DNA of 64,000 nt from an uncultured delta proteobacterium (GCA_963766175.1 CAVXZE010000006.1:55333-119332); one strand, 5' to 3'. Numbered from the stretch's first letter, positions 1-9,908 are shown. Numbers and translations are program-made. The notes: generated by a model from the letters alone, not told the origin.

Positions 1-36
1 GGTCGAGAAAACCAAGGAAATTCAGGGGGGTAGCCC

Positions 37-1395
37 ATGTCCTCAGACGCAGAGAAGATCAAGAAAGCGGAGCAGCCGGGCATCGATGCGATGAAGATGC
101 ACCCCTTCTACAAGGGGAAGATCGAGACGATTCTCAAGTGTTGCGTGCGGGACTACGAGGACTTCGGCATCTGGTACACGCCCGGGGTGGCCAAGCCGTG
201 CCTGGATATCCGGGACAATCCCGACAAGGTCTTCGAGCACACCAACAAGGGGAACTTCGTCGCCGTCATATCGGATGGGACGCGCGTGCTCGGTCTCGGC
301 GACATCGGGCCGGAAGCGGCGATCCCGGTGATGGAGGGCAAGGCGCTCCTGTTCAAGTACCTGGGTGGTGTCGACGCATTTCCCATCTGCATCGATACCA
401 AGGACACGGACGAGATCATCAAATTCGTGCTGCAGGCCCAGCCCTGCTTCGGCGGGGTGAACCTCGAGGACCTCGCGCAGCCGAAGTGCTTCGAGATTCT
501 CGACACGCTGCGCAAGAAGGCGCGCATCCCGATCTGGCACGACGACCAGCAGGGCACCGCGGCGGTGACCGTGGCCGGGCTGATCAACGCGCTCAAGGTG
601 GTCGGGAAGGGTATGGGGGACGTCAAGGTCGGAATGATCGGCTGCGGCGCCTCGAACGTGCGGATCGCGCACCTCCTCTTCCAGGCGGGCGTCGACCCCA
701 AGAAGACGGTGATCTGCGACACCAAGGGCACCTTGCACGCGGGGCGCACCGAGCTTCCCGAGAGCGGATTCCCCCAGAAGTGGGAGCTCGCGCAGATGAC
801 CAATGGCGAGAACATCGTTGCCCAGCGCGAAGAGGCCCTCCCCGCGGTCATCAAGGACGCGGACGTGCTCGTCGCGCTCTCGAAGTCGGGTCCGGGTGTG
901 ATCGAGAAGGAGTGGATCACGACGATGAGGGACGACGCTGTGGTCTTCGTCTGCGCCAATCCGGTTCCCGAGATCTGGCCCTGGGAGGCCAAGGAAGCCG
1001 GTGCGCGCATCGTCGCCACCGGCCGGTCCGACTTCCCGAACCAGGTCAACAACTCCCTCGGCTTCCCCGGTATCTTCCGCGGCACCCTCGACGTGCAGGC
1101 GCGCACCATCACCGACGAGATGTGCCTCGCCGCCTCGATCGAGCTGGCCAAGGTTGCCGAGGACAAGGGGCTCTCGGATGAATACATCATCCCGACCATG
1201 GACGAGTGGGAGGTGTTCCCCCGCGAGGCCGTGGCCGTTGGAATGAAGGCCATCGAGCAGGGCGTCGCCCGGATCAAGTTCACTCCCGAGGAACTGTTCC
1301 AGACGGCCGAGTATCAGATCAAGTCGTCCCGCGAGAAGGTCCAGAAGTTCCAGGAGCTCGGCTTCATCAAGCCCTACCAGGACACCGGACAGTAG
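37..1395 (+). CDS. NAD(P)-dependent malic enzyme (short form, no PTA domain)
   Basis: ORF 37..1395. The ATG follows a G-rich SD-like stretch. Malic-enzyme hallmarks seen by eye: VISDGTRVLGLGDIG, GGVNLEDL, WHDDQQGTAAV, Rossmann GCGASN. Confidence 0.93.
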   Translation: MSSDAEKIKKAEQPGIDAMKMHPFYKGKIETILKCCVRDYEDFGIWYTPGVAKPCLDIRDNPDKVFEHTNKGNFVAVISDGTRVLGLGDIGPEAAIPVMEGKALLFKYLGGVDAFPICIDTKDTDEIIKFVLQAQPCFGGVNLEDLAQPKCFEILDTLRKKARIPIWHDDQQGTAAVTVAGLINALKVVGKGMGDVKVGMIGCGASNVRIAHLLFQAGVDPKKTVICDTKGTLHAGRTELPESGFPQKWELAQMTNGENIVAQREEALPAVIKDADVLVALSKSGPGVIEKEWITTMRDDAVVFVCANPVPEIWPWEAKEAGARIVATGRSDFPNQVNNSLGFPGIFRGTLDVQARTITDEMCLAASIELAKVAEDKGLSDEYIIPTMDEWEVFPREAVAVGMKAIEQGVARIKFTPEELFQTAEYQIKSSREKVQKFQELGFIKPYQDTGQ

Positions 1396-1515
1396 GGCTA
1401 CCCGGCTCGAGCATCGCCTCTCCGCAGTTTTCTCCCGAAGATCGACGCGAAGAGGGAAGGGTGGATTGCGCCGGCCGGCGGAGCGGGCGGCAGGGTTCCG
1501 AGCGGGAGGTCTCTG

Positions 1516-2583
1516 ATGAAGGACTCGAAGCGGTATCGACAGCTGGCGGAACACCTGGACCAGGGAATCGTCGGGAGTCCCATGTCGCCCGCGCTGCTGG
1601 AGATCCTCGAGATTCTCTTCCCGGGGGAGGAGGCCGAGGTCGCCGTCGAGCTGCCCATGCAGGACACGTCGCTCCGGGAGCTGAGAGAGATGTTCCCGAA
1701 GCGGGCAGAATCCATCGAGGAGCTGCTGAACCGCATGGCCAGGCGAGGGACGGTCTTTGTCAGCGGCCAGGGAGAGAAGCGGAAGTACCGGCTGTTGCCG
1801 TCGGTCGTGGGGTGGGCGGAGACGCCGTACTGGGCGGGGAAGGACACCGATGATGTCCGCAAGCTGGCGCCCCTGTGGATCCGGTACCGGGACGAGGCCT
1901 ACGGGGCGGAGCTGGCCAGGGGACTGCCGCCAGTCCGGGTCCTCCCCATTTCCGAGACGCTCCGTGAGTCCAGTGAGGTTCTTCCCTACGAGGCGCTCGC
2001 GACGAAGGTCGAGGCGCAGTCGTTCTGCGCGGTGGGCAAGTGCCCGTGCCGCCAGATGAAGCGGTACGTGGGCGAGGGATGCGATCACTCTCTCGAGAAC
2101 TGCCTTCACTTTGGCGATATGGCCCGCTACATGGTGGAGCAGGGCATGGCCAGGGAGGTCAGCAAGAAGGAGACGCTCGAGATTCTGAGGGAATCGAACC
2201 AGGAGGGCCTGGTTCACGTGAGCGACAACCTGAGTGAAGGTCTCACCAGCACCATCTGCAACTGTTGCGGCTGCTGCTGCACCTTTCTCGACACCAAGAA
2301 GAGGACCGGGCTTCACACCTTCGCTCCGTCGGCGTACGTCGCTCGGGTGGACGGCGAGCTCTGCATTGCCTGCGGGACCTGCGAAGACCGATGTCCGATG
2401 GAAGCGATCGCAGTCGGTGACGACGACGTGTCCGAGGTCGATCAAGCACTCTGCATCGGGTGCGGTGTCTGCACTCCCACCTGTACGGAAGACGCCGTAG
2501 ACCTCGTCCACCGCGAGCAGATCGAACCCCCGCCCACGATCCAGGAGCTCGTGGCGGCGAGATACAAGGCGCCGCCTTCGTAG
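1516..2583 (+). CDS. Cys-rich Fe-S protein with C-terminal 2x[4Fe-4S] ferredoxin-type domain, function unknown
   Basis: ATG 1516 with GGGAGG about 7 nt upstream. Motifs CIACGTCEDRCP and CIGCGVCTPTC, plus Cys-dense CNCCGCCC and CPCRQ..C..C segments. The N-terminal ~100 aa looks helical and wHTH-like (inference). Confidence 0.8.
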   Translation: MKDSKRYRQLAEHLDQGIVGSPMSPALLEILEILFPGEEAEVAVELPMQDTSLRELREMFPKRAESIEELLNRMARRGTVFVSGQGEKRKYRLLPSVVGWAETPYWAGKDTDDVRKLAPLWIRYRDEAYGAELARGLPPVRVLPISETLRESSEVLPYEALATKVEAQSFCAVGKCPCRQMKRYVGEGCDHSLENCLHFGDMARYMVEQGMAREVSKKETLEILRESNQEGLVHVSDNLSEGLTSTICNCCGCCCTFLDTKKRTGLHTFAPSAYVARVDGELCIACGTCEDRCPMEAIAVGDDDVSEVDQALCIGCGVCTPTCTEDAVDLVHREQIEPPPTIQELVAARYKAPPS

Positions 2584-2612
2584 AACCCGGCTTCCGCGAG
2601 CTGCGGCAAGCT

Positions 2613-2635
2613 CTGAGCGCGTGTTCTGCGCTCAG
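2613..2635. terminator. Hairpin between convergent genes (8-bp perfect stem CTGAGCGC/GCGCTCAG, 7-nt loop)
   Basis: Read directly from the sequence. It lies 30 nt after the Fe-S gene stop and overlaps the MFS stop codon. There is no clear U-tract. Confidence 0.4.
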
Positions 2636-3926
2636 CGGTTTCCCGGTCCCGGATATTGACGTGGCTTCCCCGCCAGGAAGATGCTCGCGGCGGCGATCGC
2701 GTACAGGCACATGTAGGCGATCATGGCGTAGCGGTAGCTTCCCAGCAGGTCGTAGATCACACCGGAGATCAATGCACCGCTCGCGTTGCCGACCGCCAGG
2801 ATCAGGGACAGCGTTCCCATGATCACGCCGAATGACGCCAGCCCGAAGAAGTGACCGACCGCCAGGGGCAGAAGGACGATGACGCCCCCCATGGCGAAGC
2901 CGAAGATGCAGACGTAGACCCAGACCAGGGCGATGCTCTCGGCGTTGAAGAGCACCAGCACGCCGAGCGCCTGCAATCCGAAGCAGAGCATGATCGCAAG
3001 GCGGAACGGGACGATTTCGGAGATTCGACCGAAGCAGAGCTTTCCCAGACCGCCCAGTCCGGCGGTCAATCCAAGAGCGGCCGCGGCCATGGCCTGCGAG
3101 ATCCCGGCTTCGACGAGCAAGGGGACCTGGTGCTGGAGCATCCCCATCTGGGCGATAGGACCGAGAAAGAAGGTGGCTGCGATCCAGAAGAACGTCGAGG
3201 TTCGGATCGCCGCGCGCAGCGGCCAGCCTTCCCCGGATCCGCTGTGGTGGAGGAGCTCGTCTGCGAGGGCGGAGCATGGGGATCCGGAGCTGCCGCGGGC
3301 TCGTCACCGTCTCCATCCGGCAGAAGCCCCATCTCGGCCGGGCTCCCCTTGATCACGAACAGGGTTACGGGCAGGGCCAGCACCCATACCAGGACACCCA
3401 TGAAGACGAATGCGGCCCTCCAGCTGAAATGGGAGATGATCAGGCCCACCAGGGGGGCCATGACCAGGCCGCCTACGGCGATTCCCAACATGGCACAGCC
3501 GATGGCTGTCCCGCGTCGCCTGACGAACCACCTGGCGAGCACACTGCTCGCGGGGATGAATCCGATGCCGGTCGTGCCGATCGAGAGCAGCGTGTAAGCA
3601 AGGTAGAAGAACCACAGCGAAGAGACGAAGCTCACCAGTATGAAGCAGGCGCCGGAGATCAGGGCAAAGAGGGTCATGACCTTCCTGGGTCCGTAGGTCT
3701 CGGTTGCGTGACCCACGAACGGCCCTGCGATGCCTTGCGCGATCATGTAGATGGACATCGCCAGCGATATCGCCGACCGGCTCCATCCGAATTCGCCCTC
3801 GAGCGGCTCGATGAAGATGCTGAAGGAGTAGAAGCCGGCGCCCGCGAAAAGAAAGAGTAGGACGAAGCAGCCAGCGACCACCCAATAGCCGTAGAAGACC
3901 CCCTTGCCTCGACTGCTTCGCTCCAT
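2632..3926 (-). pseudogene. MFS transporter (oxalate/formate antiporter- or MCT-like) interrupted by a frameshift
   Basis: ORFs 3066..3926 (TM1-6) and 2632..3147 (TM7-12) are in different frames. The C-terminal frame is open back to a TGA at 3304-3306 and reads ..GEGWPLRAAIRTSTFFWIAATFF.. before the listed Met. A 1-nt indel between ~3231 and 3303 would fuse them into one ~430-aa protein. Confidence 0.7.
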
Positions 3927-3941
3927 CAGGTCACCGTGTAT

Positions 3942-4889
3942 TCAGGTCAGCTTCCCCGTCCGCCTGAAGTAGGTCTCATACCCGACCACGATCGATGCCA
4001 GCATGCTCCGCAGGAACTGGCCATGGGCCTCTCGATCGAGCAGGTCCGGGTTCAGTCCGTCTTCCAGATACAGATCCGCCGCCTCGTCGACGATTTTCCG
4101 AGTGTCGAGGCCTTGCTCGAGGCGGGTGAGAATGAAGCGATGGTAGACCTCGAGCTGGCGCTCCGCTTCCTCGATGACGAAGGATGCGTCAGCTCGCTGA
4201 CCGAACTGGGAAAAGCAGATGGTCCGAGGATGGAGCTCCTGGATCCTCCGAATCGTCTGCTTGCTCGCCTCGAAGTCGAATCCGGGAGGGGCCACGGCGG
4301 GCTGGAGCACCCCGCTTTCGGGATGATTGTGGCCCAGGGCCTCGCCGGAGAAGAGGGAGCCGGATTCCGGCTCGAATACGCAGAGATGATGGGAGGCGTG
4401 CCCGGGAGTGCTCAGGATCTTGAGATCGACACCACCTCCGATATCGAGCTCCGCATCCGTCACGGGGACGAGATTCTCCATGGGTACGGGCAGCGTCTCT
4501 CCGTGGATGGCTGTGATCCTCTCGATACCGCCATAGACCGCGGTGGCACTGTCGATCAGCCGCGACGGATCGTGGAGATGTCGGAGGCCCCGTTCGTGCA
4601 CGTACACCTGGAGATTCGGCAAACGGTTCGCCAGCCAACCGGTTCCACCCGAATGGTCCAGGTGGACATGGGTGACGATTGCGCGCTTGATGTCCGCTGC
4701 CTCGAGACCGATCTCGACAACTGCTTCGACGATGCGCGGGGCAATCAAGGTCGTCGCTGTCTCGATCAAGGTGACGCCGTCACCGAGGACCAGGTACACG
4801 CCACTCACATTGGTGGAGTTCACGCGTCTGGAATCGAGATAGTAGATTCTCGGTCCGAGCTGGATCAGCTCGTCGTTCCCGGTCATCAT
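3942..4889 (-). CDS. MBL-fold metallo-hydrolase
   Basis: HxHxDH motif (THVHLDHSGG) plus downstream His/Asp ligand residues. Clean GC3 frame. Confidence 0.88.
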   Translation of the reverse strand: MMTGNDELIQLGPRIYYLDSRRVNSTNVSGVYLVLGDGVTLIETATTLIAPRIVEAVVEIGLEAADIKRAIVTHVHLDHSGGTGWLANRLPNLQVYVHERGLRHLHDPSRLIDSATAVYGGIERITAIHGETLPVPMENLVPVTDAELDIGGGVDLKILSTPGHASHHLCVFEPESGSLFSGEALGHNHPESGVLQPAVAPPGFDFEASKQTIRRIQELHPRTICFSQFGQRADASFVIEEAERQLEVYHRFILTRLEQGLDTRKIVDEAADLYLEDGLNPDLLDREAHGQFLRSMLASIVVGYETYFRRTGKLT

Positions 4890-4906
4890 GGTGGCATCGC
4901 GATCCG

Positions 4907-6070
4907 CTAGGCGATCTTCGCGACCGAATCGGGCAGGTCCTTTGCCACGCGGACGATCGGGATGCCGGTCTGCGTGGCCAGGTGCATCTCGTGCATCGCG
5001 CGGGGCAGGTCCTCGAAGGCGTAGACCTCCTTGTGGATGGTGGGCTTGAAGACGGACCCGTAGAGCTCGATCGAGGCCGCGCAGCCCTCGAGCGTCGCCA
5101 GGTGGATGTGGTCGATCGTCACCTGCTTCACCGACTGGAGGGTCGAGTTGTAGGTGACCTCCTGAGAGAGCTGCCAGCCGGCGCTGACGTTCACGCCCAT
5201 CCGAGAGGCCGCCGCCAGGCCCGGAGCGAACACCGGCCCCCGCAACATGTCGCAGACGATCTGCATGCCCTCGCCTCCGGTGACCTTCTTGATCTCCTTG
5301 GAGAAGGCCCGGACGTCGTCGCGCGACGCGAAGCCGTTGAAGGCGGACTGGTCGATTCCGTGGATTCCGAACTTCTCGAGCGCCGCTCGTCGCTCGGGGT
5401 TTCGGGAGCAGAAGAAGGCCCGGTGGCCCTCGGACCTGGCCAGCATCAGGAAGAGTTCACCCACGCCCCCGCCGAAGCTCATCACGTTGAGTACAGCGCG
5501 CTGGCGGCGCGGGACCTTCACCCGATACATCTCCACGCCCCGTCGCCAGAGGTGGTAGGCCGTGGTCGCGCGCAGCGGCAGGGCCGCCATCTCCCAGATG
5601 CTCAGGCCGCAGTCGAGCGGTGCCTGGTGGATCTGCCACTCCTCGACCACCGCCTCTTCACCGTACCAGCCGATCGAGTCCGGCGTGTCGTATGCCCAGA
5701 TCGTGTTGGGGTAGCCGTACTTGTCCGGATCGCCGTTGGCGTTGGTGACGACGATATCGCCGGGTGCAAAGTCCGCGACGTCGGGGCCTACTGCGAGGAC
5801 TTCACCGACCGCCGAGTTGCCGGGATAGATCTTGCCGCCCCGGGCCTTGACGATGTTGATGGTGTCCGCGAGCACGGCGTGGTCCACGTTGTGCTCCCCC
5901 GAGACCGCCAGGATCTTGAGATGGACATCGCGGCGCCCCATCTCGCGAAGCTCCAGCTCGTCGAGCTGGATCACATTCGCGAAGTCGACCTTGTCGAGAT
6001 CGCCACCGACGCGTTCCGTCTCCCGGGTGATGGCTTCTTCGGTGATGGCGTATGCGCGTACCTTCTTCAT
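4907..6070 (-). CDS. Medium-chain dehydrogenase/reductase (zinc-ADH or crotonyl-CoA-reductase-like) oxidoreductase
   Basis: I placed the start at ATG 6070 (MKKVRAYAI..). The upstream part of ORF 4907..6268 is R/P-rich and non-protein-like. The layout resembles a GroES-like domain followed by a Rossmann domain. Confidence 0.85.
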   Translation of the reverse strand: MKKVRAYAITEEAITRETERVGGDLDKVDFANVIQLDELELREMGRRDVHLKILAVSGEHNVDHAVLADTINIVKARGGKIYPGNSAVGEVLAVGPDVADFAPGDIVVTNANGDPDKYGYPNTIWAYDTPDSIGWYGEEAVVEEWQIHQAPLDCGLSIWEMAALPLRATTAYHLWRRGVEMYRVKVPRRQRAVLNVMSFGGGVGELFLMLARSEGHRAFFCSRNPERRAALEKFGIHGIDQSAFNGFASRDDVRAFSKEIKKVTGGEGMQIVCDMLRGPVFAPGLAAASRMGVNVSAGWQLSQEVTYNSTLQSVKQVTIDHIHLATLEGCAASIELYGSVFKPTIHKEVYAFEDLPRAMHEMHLATQTGIPIVRVAKDLPDSVAKIA

Positions 6071-6333
6071 GATCTGCCTGTCTCCGTCCTGCTGGGGGGC
6101 CATGGCCTGGCCCGTGGCGATCGAATCATGCGGTTCCCCGGGCGCTGCCGCCAGACGTGGCCCTCGATCTCGATCCGGGTCCCCGCCTCGATTCCGCCTG
6201 ACTGTGAGTCCACTTGCCGAGGGGACCCTCGTCGGCCGAGTGCACGTGGAGGATTCGGTTGATAGCACGGCGACTTGAAGGTCGCCCCTTCGATCCTGGT
6301 CTCACGCCCTCGGGGATGGTAGACAGTCGGAAG

Positions 6334-7734
6334 ATGACGCGTACGCAGCTCGCCGCGGTCGCCCTGCTGGCCCTCGTTGGATTCCTCGGAGTGCGACTCC
6401 ACGCGTTCCTGGCCGCGGCGAGCGGAATCAACGCCAAGGTCCTCTGCTCCGCGGTCTTCGTCTCGGGCCGGGTGCTCGAGGAGGCGCGGGCGAACAGTCT
6501 TCTCGTCGAGCCACCGGCGATGTCGGTGCGGCTGGACGAGGAGCGGCGCGAGGTGCGCGTCGAGCTGGCCGGGCTGATTCGCCGGACGGCCCGCCACTAC
6601 GGCGACCAGGGCTGCATCGCTCTGCCTCGGGGCGTGGACGACGTCGCCTTCAGCCCGGTCGAGGTGAGAAGCGCCCTCGAGGATTCGCGCACCCAGGCGT
6701 GGCCCATGGGGGACGCGGAGGATCGCTCCAACGGAGCGTCCGAAGCTGGGATCGATCCGGGCACGCTGGCCGAGGCAGTCGACCTCGCCTTCGCCGATCC
6801 CGGCGATCGCACCGCCGCGTTTCTGGTCGTGCACCGCGGACGGATTGCAGCGGAGCGCTACGCCCCCGGCATCCATCGCGACACCCAGCTCGAGAGCTGG
6901 TCCATGGGCAAGAGCCTGACGGCGACCCTGATCGGCCGCCTGATCCAGCAGGGTTTGCTCTCCCTCGACGCTCCCGCGCCGATCTCCGAATGGCGGTCGC
7001 CGGACGATCCGCGGGGGGAGATCACCGTCGCCGACCTCTTGCGTATGAGCAGCGGGCTCGAGTTCTCCGAGGCGAGCCAGTCGCTGGTCCACGCGGTGAT
7101 CTTCGGCGTTCCGGATCACCTGCGGGTCTACACCGGTATCGAGGATGTCTTCGGCTTCGCTCTGGCGAGCCCCGCAGAGCATCCTCCCAACCGCGTGGGG
7201 CGCTACCGCAACTGCGATCCCCTGGCGCTGGGAGCCATCCTGCGACGGACCGTCGAAGCGGATGGCGAGGACTACCTCAGCTGGCCCCAGCGAATCCTCT
7301 TCGATCGCATCGGGATCCGCCGGCAGATCCTCGAGACCGACGTCCGGGGCAACTTCATCCTCTCCGGCTTCGATTACGGCACTGCCCGCAACTGGGCGCG
7401 CCTGGGGCTCCTCTACCTGCGCGACGGCGTCTGGAACGGGGAGCGTCTCCTGCCCGAGGGCTTCGTCCGCTTCGTCGCCACGCCCGCGCCCGCCTGGGAA
7501 GAGCCGGTCTACGGAGGCAGCTTCTGGATCAACGGCACCGGTCGCTATTCGCTGCCGTCCGAGGCCTTCTACATGTCGGGAAACGGCGGGCAGCGCGTCT
7601 TCCTGGTGCCCTCCCACGATCTGGTGATCGTACGGATGGGCCACACCCGTGGCGGCGCCACCGCTGACACCAACCTTCGCGCCGCGCAGTCGCTCATCCT
7701 CGAAGCGATCGAGGCGGCGAAGGGTCCTCCCTAG
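6334..7734 (+). CDS. Serine hydrolase (beta-lactamase/PBP4*-like family) with N-terminal signal/TM segment
   Basis: S-x-x-K motif (SMGKSLTATLIG). Start at ATG 6334 (MTRTQLAAVALLALVGFLG); ATG 6316 is an alternative. Confidence 0.85.
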   Translation: MTRTQLAAVALLALVGFLGVRLHAFLAAASGINAKVLCSAVFVSGRVLEEARANSLLVEPPAMSVRLDEERREVRVELAGLIRRTARHYGDQGCIALPRGVDDVAFSPVEVRSALEDSRTQAWPMGDAEDRSNGASEAGIDPGTLAEAVDLAFADPGDRTAAFLVVHRGRIAAERYAPGIHRDTQLESWSMGKSLTATLIGRLIQQGLLSLDAPAPISEWRSPDDPRGEITVADLLRMSSGLEFSEASQSLVHAVIFGVPDHLRVYTGIEDVFGFALASPAEHPPNRVGRYRNCDPLALGAILRRTVEADGEDYLSWPQRILFDRIGIRRQILETDVRGNFILSGFDYGTARNWARLGLLYLRDGVWNGERLLPEGFVRFVATPAPAWEEPVYGGSFWINGTGRYSLPSEAFYMSGNGGQRVFLVPSHDLVIVRMGHTRGGATADTNLRAAQSLILEAIEAAKGPP

Positions 7735-8294
7735 AACCCGAAGTTGAAGATCGGGAGAAAGGGGATGGGGCCCTTGCGGTTGATGTTGATCAGGCCGAGC
7801 TGGACGCCCTCGAGCTCGTCCGTCCAGTTGACCAGCGAGATCTGCAGGCCGCGCATGCGCTTCGCCCGGTTCAGGAGCGCCGAGAACTGAAAGCCGATGC
7901 CATCGCCCACGCGGTTGGAGATCCCCGCGCTCTGGAAACCCCGAGCCCGGCCTCCGACGTCGTTGACGAAGATCCCGAGCTGCCAGCCGGTCAGGTCGCC
8001 TCTTACCTCATCGTAGATCCCGAGCTGCCAGCCGGTCTGGTTGCCCCGAGTCAAGCTGGCGATGCCCAGCAGATCGAGTCCGGTGACGTCCTGATTGACG
8101 CCGGAGATCAGGACCAGGCGCAGGCCGGTGACGGAGACGCCCTCGTCGAAGACCTGGATCGGGTGCCACAGGGCGAACTGCACGGGGGTGGACGAGCTCG
8201 GGGTCTCGGGCGGCTGGGCGCTCGACGCCTGGGGCAGAAGGCAGAGGGAGAGGGTGAAGAGGCTGAGCCGGACAAGCGTGATCGAATGGGACAC
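7731..8294 (-). CDS. Secreted repeat protein (GxQ[LI]G-type short repeats), unknown function
   Basis: Signal peptide ..LPQASSAQ. Recurring TGWQLGI / GFQSAGI / GLQISLVN / GVQLGLIN units. C-terminal FNFGF suggests an outer-membrane beta-signal (inference). Confidence 0.7.
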   Translation of the reverse strand: MSHSITLVRLSLFTLSLCLLPQASSAQPPETPSSSTPVQFALWHPIQVFDEGVSVTGLRLVLISGVNQDVTGLDLLGIASLTRGNQTGWQLGIYDEVRGDLTGWQLGIFVNDVGGRARGFQSAGISNRVGDGIGFQFSALLNRAKRMRGLQISLVNWTDELEGVQLGLININRKGPIPFLPIFNFGF

Positions 8295-8337
8295 GGGTTT
8301 CCTCCTGGCGAGGATGTTGGACCGATCTCAGCGGCTG

Positions 8338-9309
8338 TCAACCCAGGCCCTCACGCGATCCACGCCATCGTCCGATCCGGCCGAGTGCCAGCCAGCCGCC
8401 GAGAAAGCCACCGCAAGTCTGGGCGATCACGTCGTAGAGGTAGGGGTGACGCCCAGACAGAAAGATCTTGCCCCCCAGCAGGATGAGACTCAGTCCCAGG
8501 CTTGCTCCACCTGCCGCCAGAAGGGGTCTGCGACCTCTCCACAGCCTCGCGACCGCGAAGCCGAGGGGAATCAGGCTCACCAGATGCCACGCTCCCGGAA
8601 TGAGTTCCTCTCGGCGCCACCGCTGCGACTGCCTCAAGCGCCTCGGCCAGTACCAGTATTGTGCGGGTGTCTCGATCTCCGAGGCCTCGAGCAAGTCGAT
8701 GACACGGCCCGCGACGTGGACCCGTGCCCGACGCAGCTCGCCGCGCCAGGGCCTTCCGCCGATTACCTCGTCACCCAGGGCCAGTCGATGGTCGGGATCC
8801 CAGGTCTTCAGAGTTCCCTCTGGAAGTGCCGCTTCCGCCTCGAGTCGATCGTCCACGCGGATCTCGATCCGATCGTCTTCGACGGCGAGCCTCAGGTGTC
8901 TCCAGCGCCGCTCTGCGAACACCCTGGGCACCTCGAAGGTCGGACCACCCCACGAGGTGGATCCCGGCCGGCGCAGACGAACCACGAGGTCGACTCCTTG
9001 CTGGCCTATCGTCAGGTTGCTCTGCCAGTGGTCCCTCGAGATCGTCAAGATCCGCGCGGGTCCCCACTGGTCCGCTTCCGCCGAGCGCAGATCGAGCTCG
9101 ACCTCGAGAGCGGAGGTGCGGATCGCATCGGCGAGAAAGCTCGGGGGCCCGGAAGTTCGGGCGATGCCCGGCCCTGGGAAATCCAGCGAGCCATCCGCAC
9201 GCCGGACGATTCCGTTGCTCCGCGGGCCCGGGGGATCGAGCTGGAAGGGATGGAACGAGAGGAAGAGATTGGCAAAGACCGTGGCGGCCAGCAGAGCCCA
9301 GAGATGCAT
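8338..9309 (-). CDS. LamG/concanavalin-like domain fused to a VanZ-like membrane domain
   Basis: N-terminal TM, then a beta-rich segment (RWRHLRLAVEDDRIEIRVDD), then a C-terminal VanZ-like motif (GKIFLSGRHPYLYDVIAQTCGGFLGG). Confidence 0.7.
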   Translation of the reverse strand: MHLWALLAATVFANLFLSFHPFQLDPPGPRSNGIVRRADGSLDFPGPGIARTSGPPSFLADAIRTSALEVELDLRSAEADQWGPARILTISRDHWQSNLTIGQQGVDLVVRLRRPGSTSWGGPTFEVPRVFAERRWRHLRLAVEDDRIEIRVDDRLEAEAALPEGTLKTWDPDHRLALGDEVIGGRPWRGELRRARVHVAGRVIDLLEASEIETPAQYWYWPRRLRQSQRWRREELIPGAWHLVSLIPLGFAVARLWRGRRPLLAAGGASLGLSLILLGGKIFLSGRHPYLYDVIAQTCGGFLGGWLALGRIGRWRGSREGLG

Positions 9310-9329
9310 GACGAGATGTGTACTGCAGA

Positions 9330-9908
9330 CTACCGGGCGGCGCCCCGATTGATCACCTCGACTCGGCGGTTGCGCTGCCGACCTTCGTCGCTGTCGTTGG
9401 ACGCGACCGGCTGAGCCTCACCGTGACCGACGGTGGCGAGCTGACGTTCCTGGACGCCCCTGGCCATCAGGTAGGCCTTCACCGCCTTGGCGCGCTCTTG
9501 GGAGAGAGTGACGTTGTAACCATCCGATCCCAGGCTATCCGTATGCCCCTCCACGGAGAAGTGAAAGTGCGCGAGATCATCGGATACCAGGGCGGCGCCG
9601 ACCTTGGAGAGCAGCGACTCGGACTCGGGCAGAAGCTCCGTCGAGTCGAAGTCGAAGAGGATCGGCAGTCGAACCGTTGGCGGAGCCGAAGGCCGGATTC
9701 GGGTCCCGCGCGGAACGGCGAGCGCCTCGGCGATGTCGCCAGTCTGGATCTTCTCCGGGGGGACGAGGGTGAAGTCGCTGACGCCCGCCTCCGCTGCGAT
9801 TGCCTTCGATGTGACGAAGACGAGAGAGAACAGGGCCGGGAACACCAGCAGGATGACGTGCGCGGCGACGGTTCGCGCCGGGCGGTTTCGAGATTGAAGA
9901 TTCGTCAT
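9330..9908 (-). CDS. OmpA-family peptidoglycan-binding protein
   Basis: FDFDSTEL..EGHTDS.GS..YN..LS..RA..V..YL and a terminal RRVEV motif. AGGAGG SD upstream of the ATG. Confidence 0.88.
   Translation of the reverse strand: MTNLQSRNRPARTVAAHVILLVFPALFSLVFVTSKAIAAEAGVSDFTLVPPEKIQTGDIAEALAVPRGTRIRPSAPPTVRLPILFDFDSTELLPESESLLSKVGAALVSDDLAHFHFSVEGHTDSLGSDGYNVTLSQERAKAVKAYLMARGVQERQLATVGHGEAQPVASNDSDEGRQRNRRVEVINRGAAR

Noticed and set aside
43-2511. 822-aa minus-strand ORF spanning the malic-enzyme and Fe-S genes. Similar giant ORFs: 6067..7644 (-), 18793..21801 (+), 21850..23268 (-), 23278..24402 (-), 47417..48976 (-), 48921..50459 (-), 55763..58552 (-), 62226..63467 (+).
   Set aside because: These are antisense or out-of-frame shadows typical of high-GC DNA. 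Their translations are Arg/Gly/Pro/Asp/His-rich with no motifs. Each is fully overlapped by an ORF on the other strand or frame that has clear family signatures and GC3 bias.
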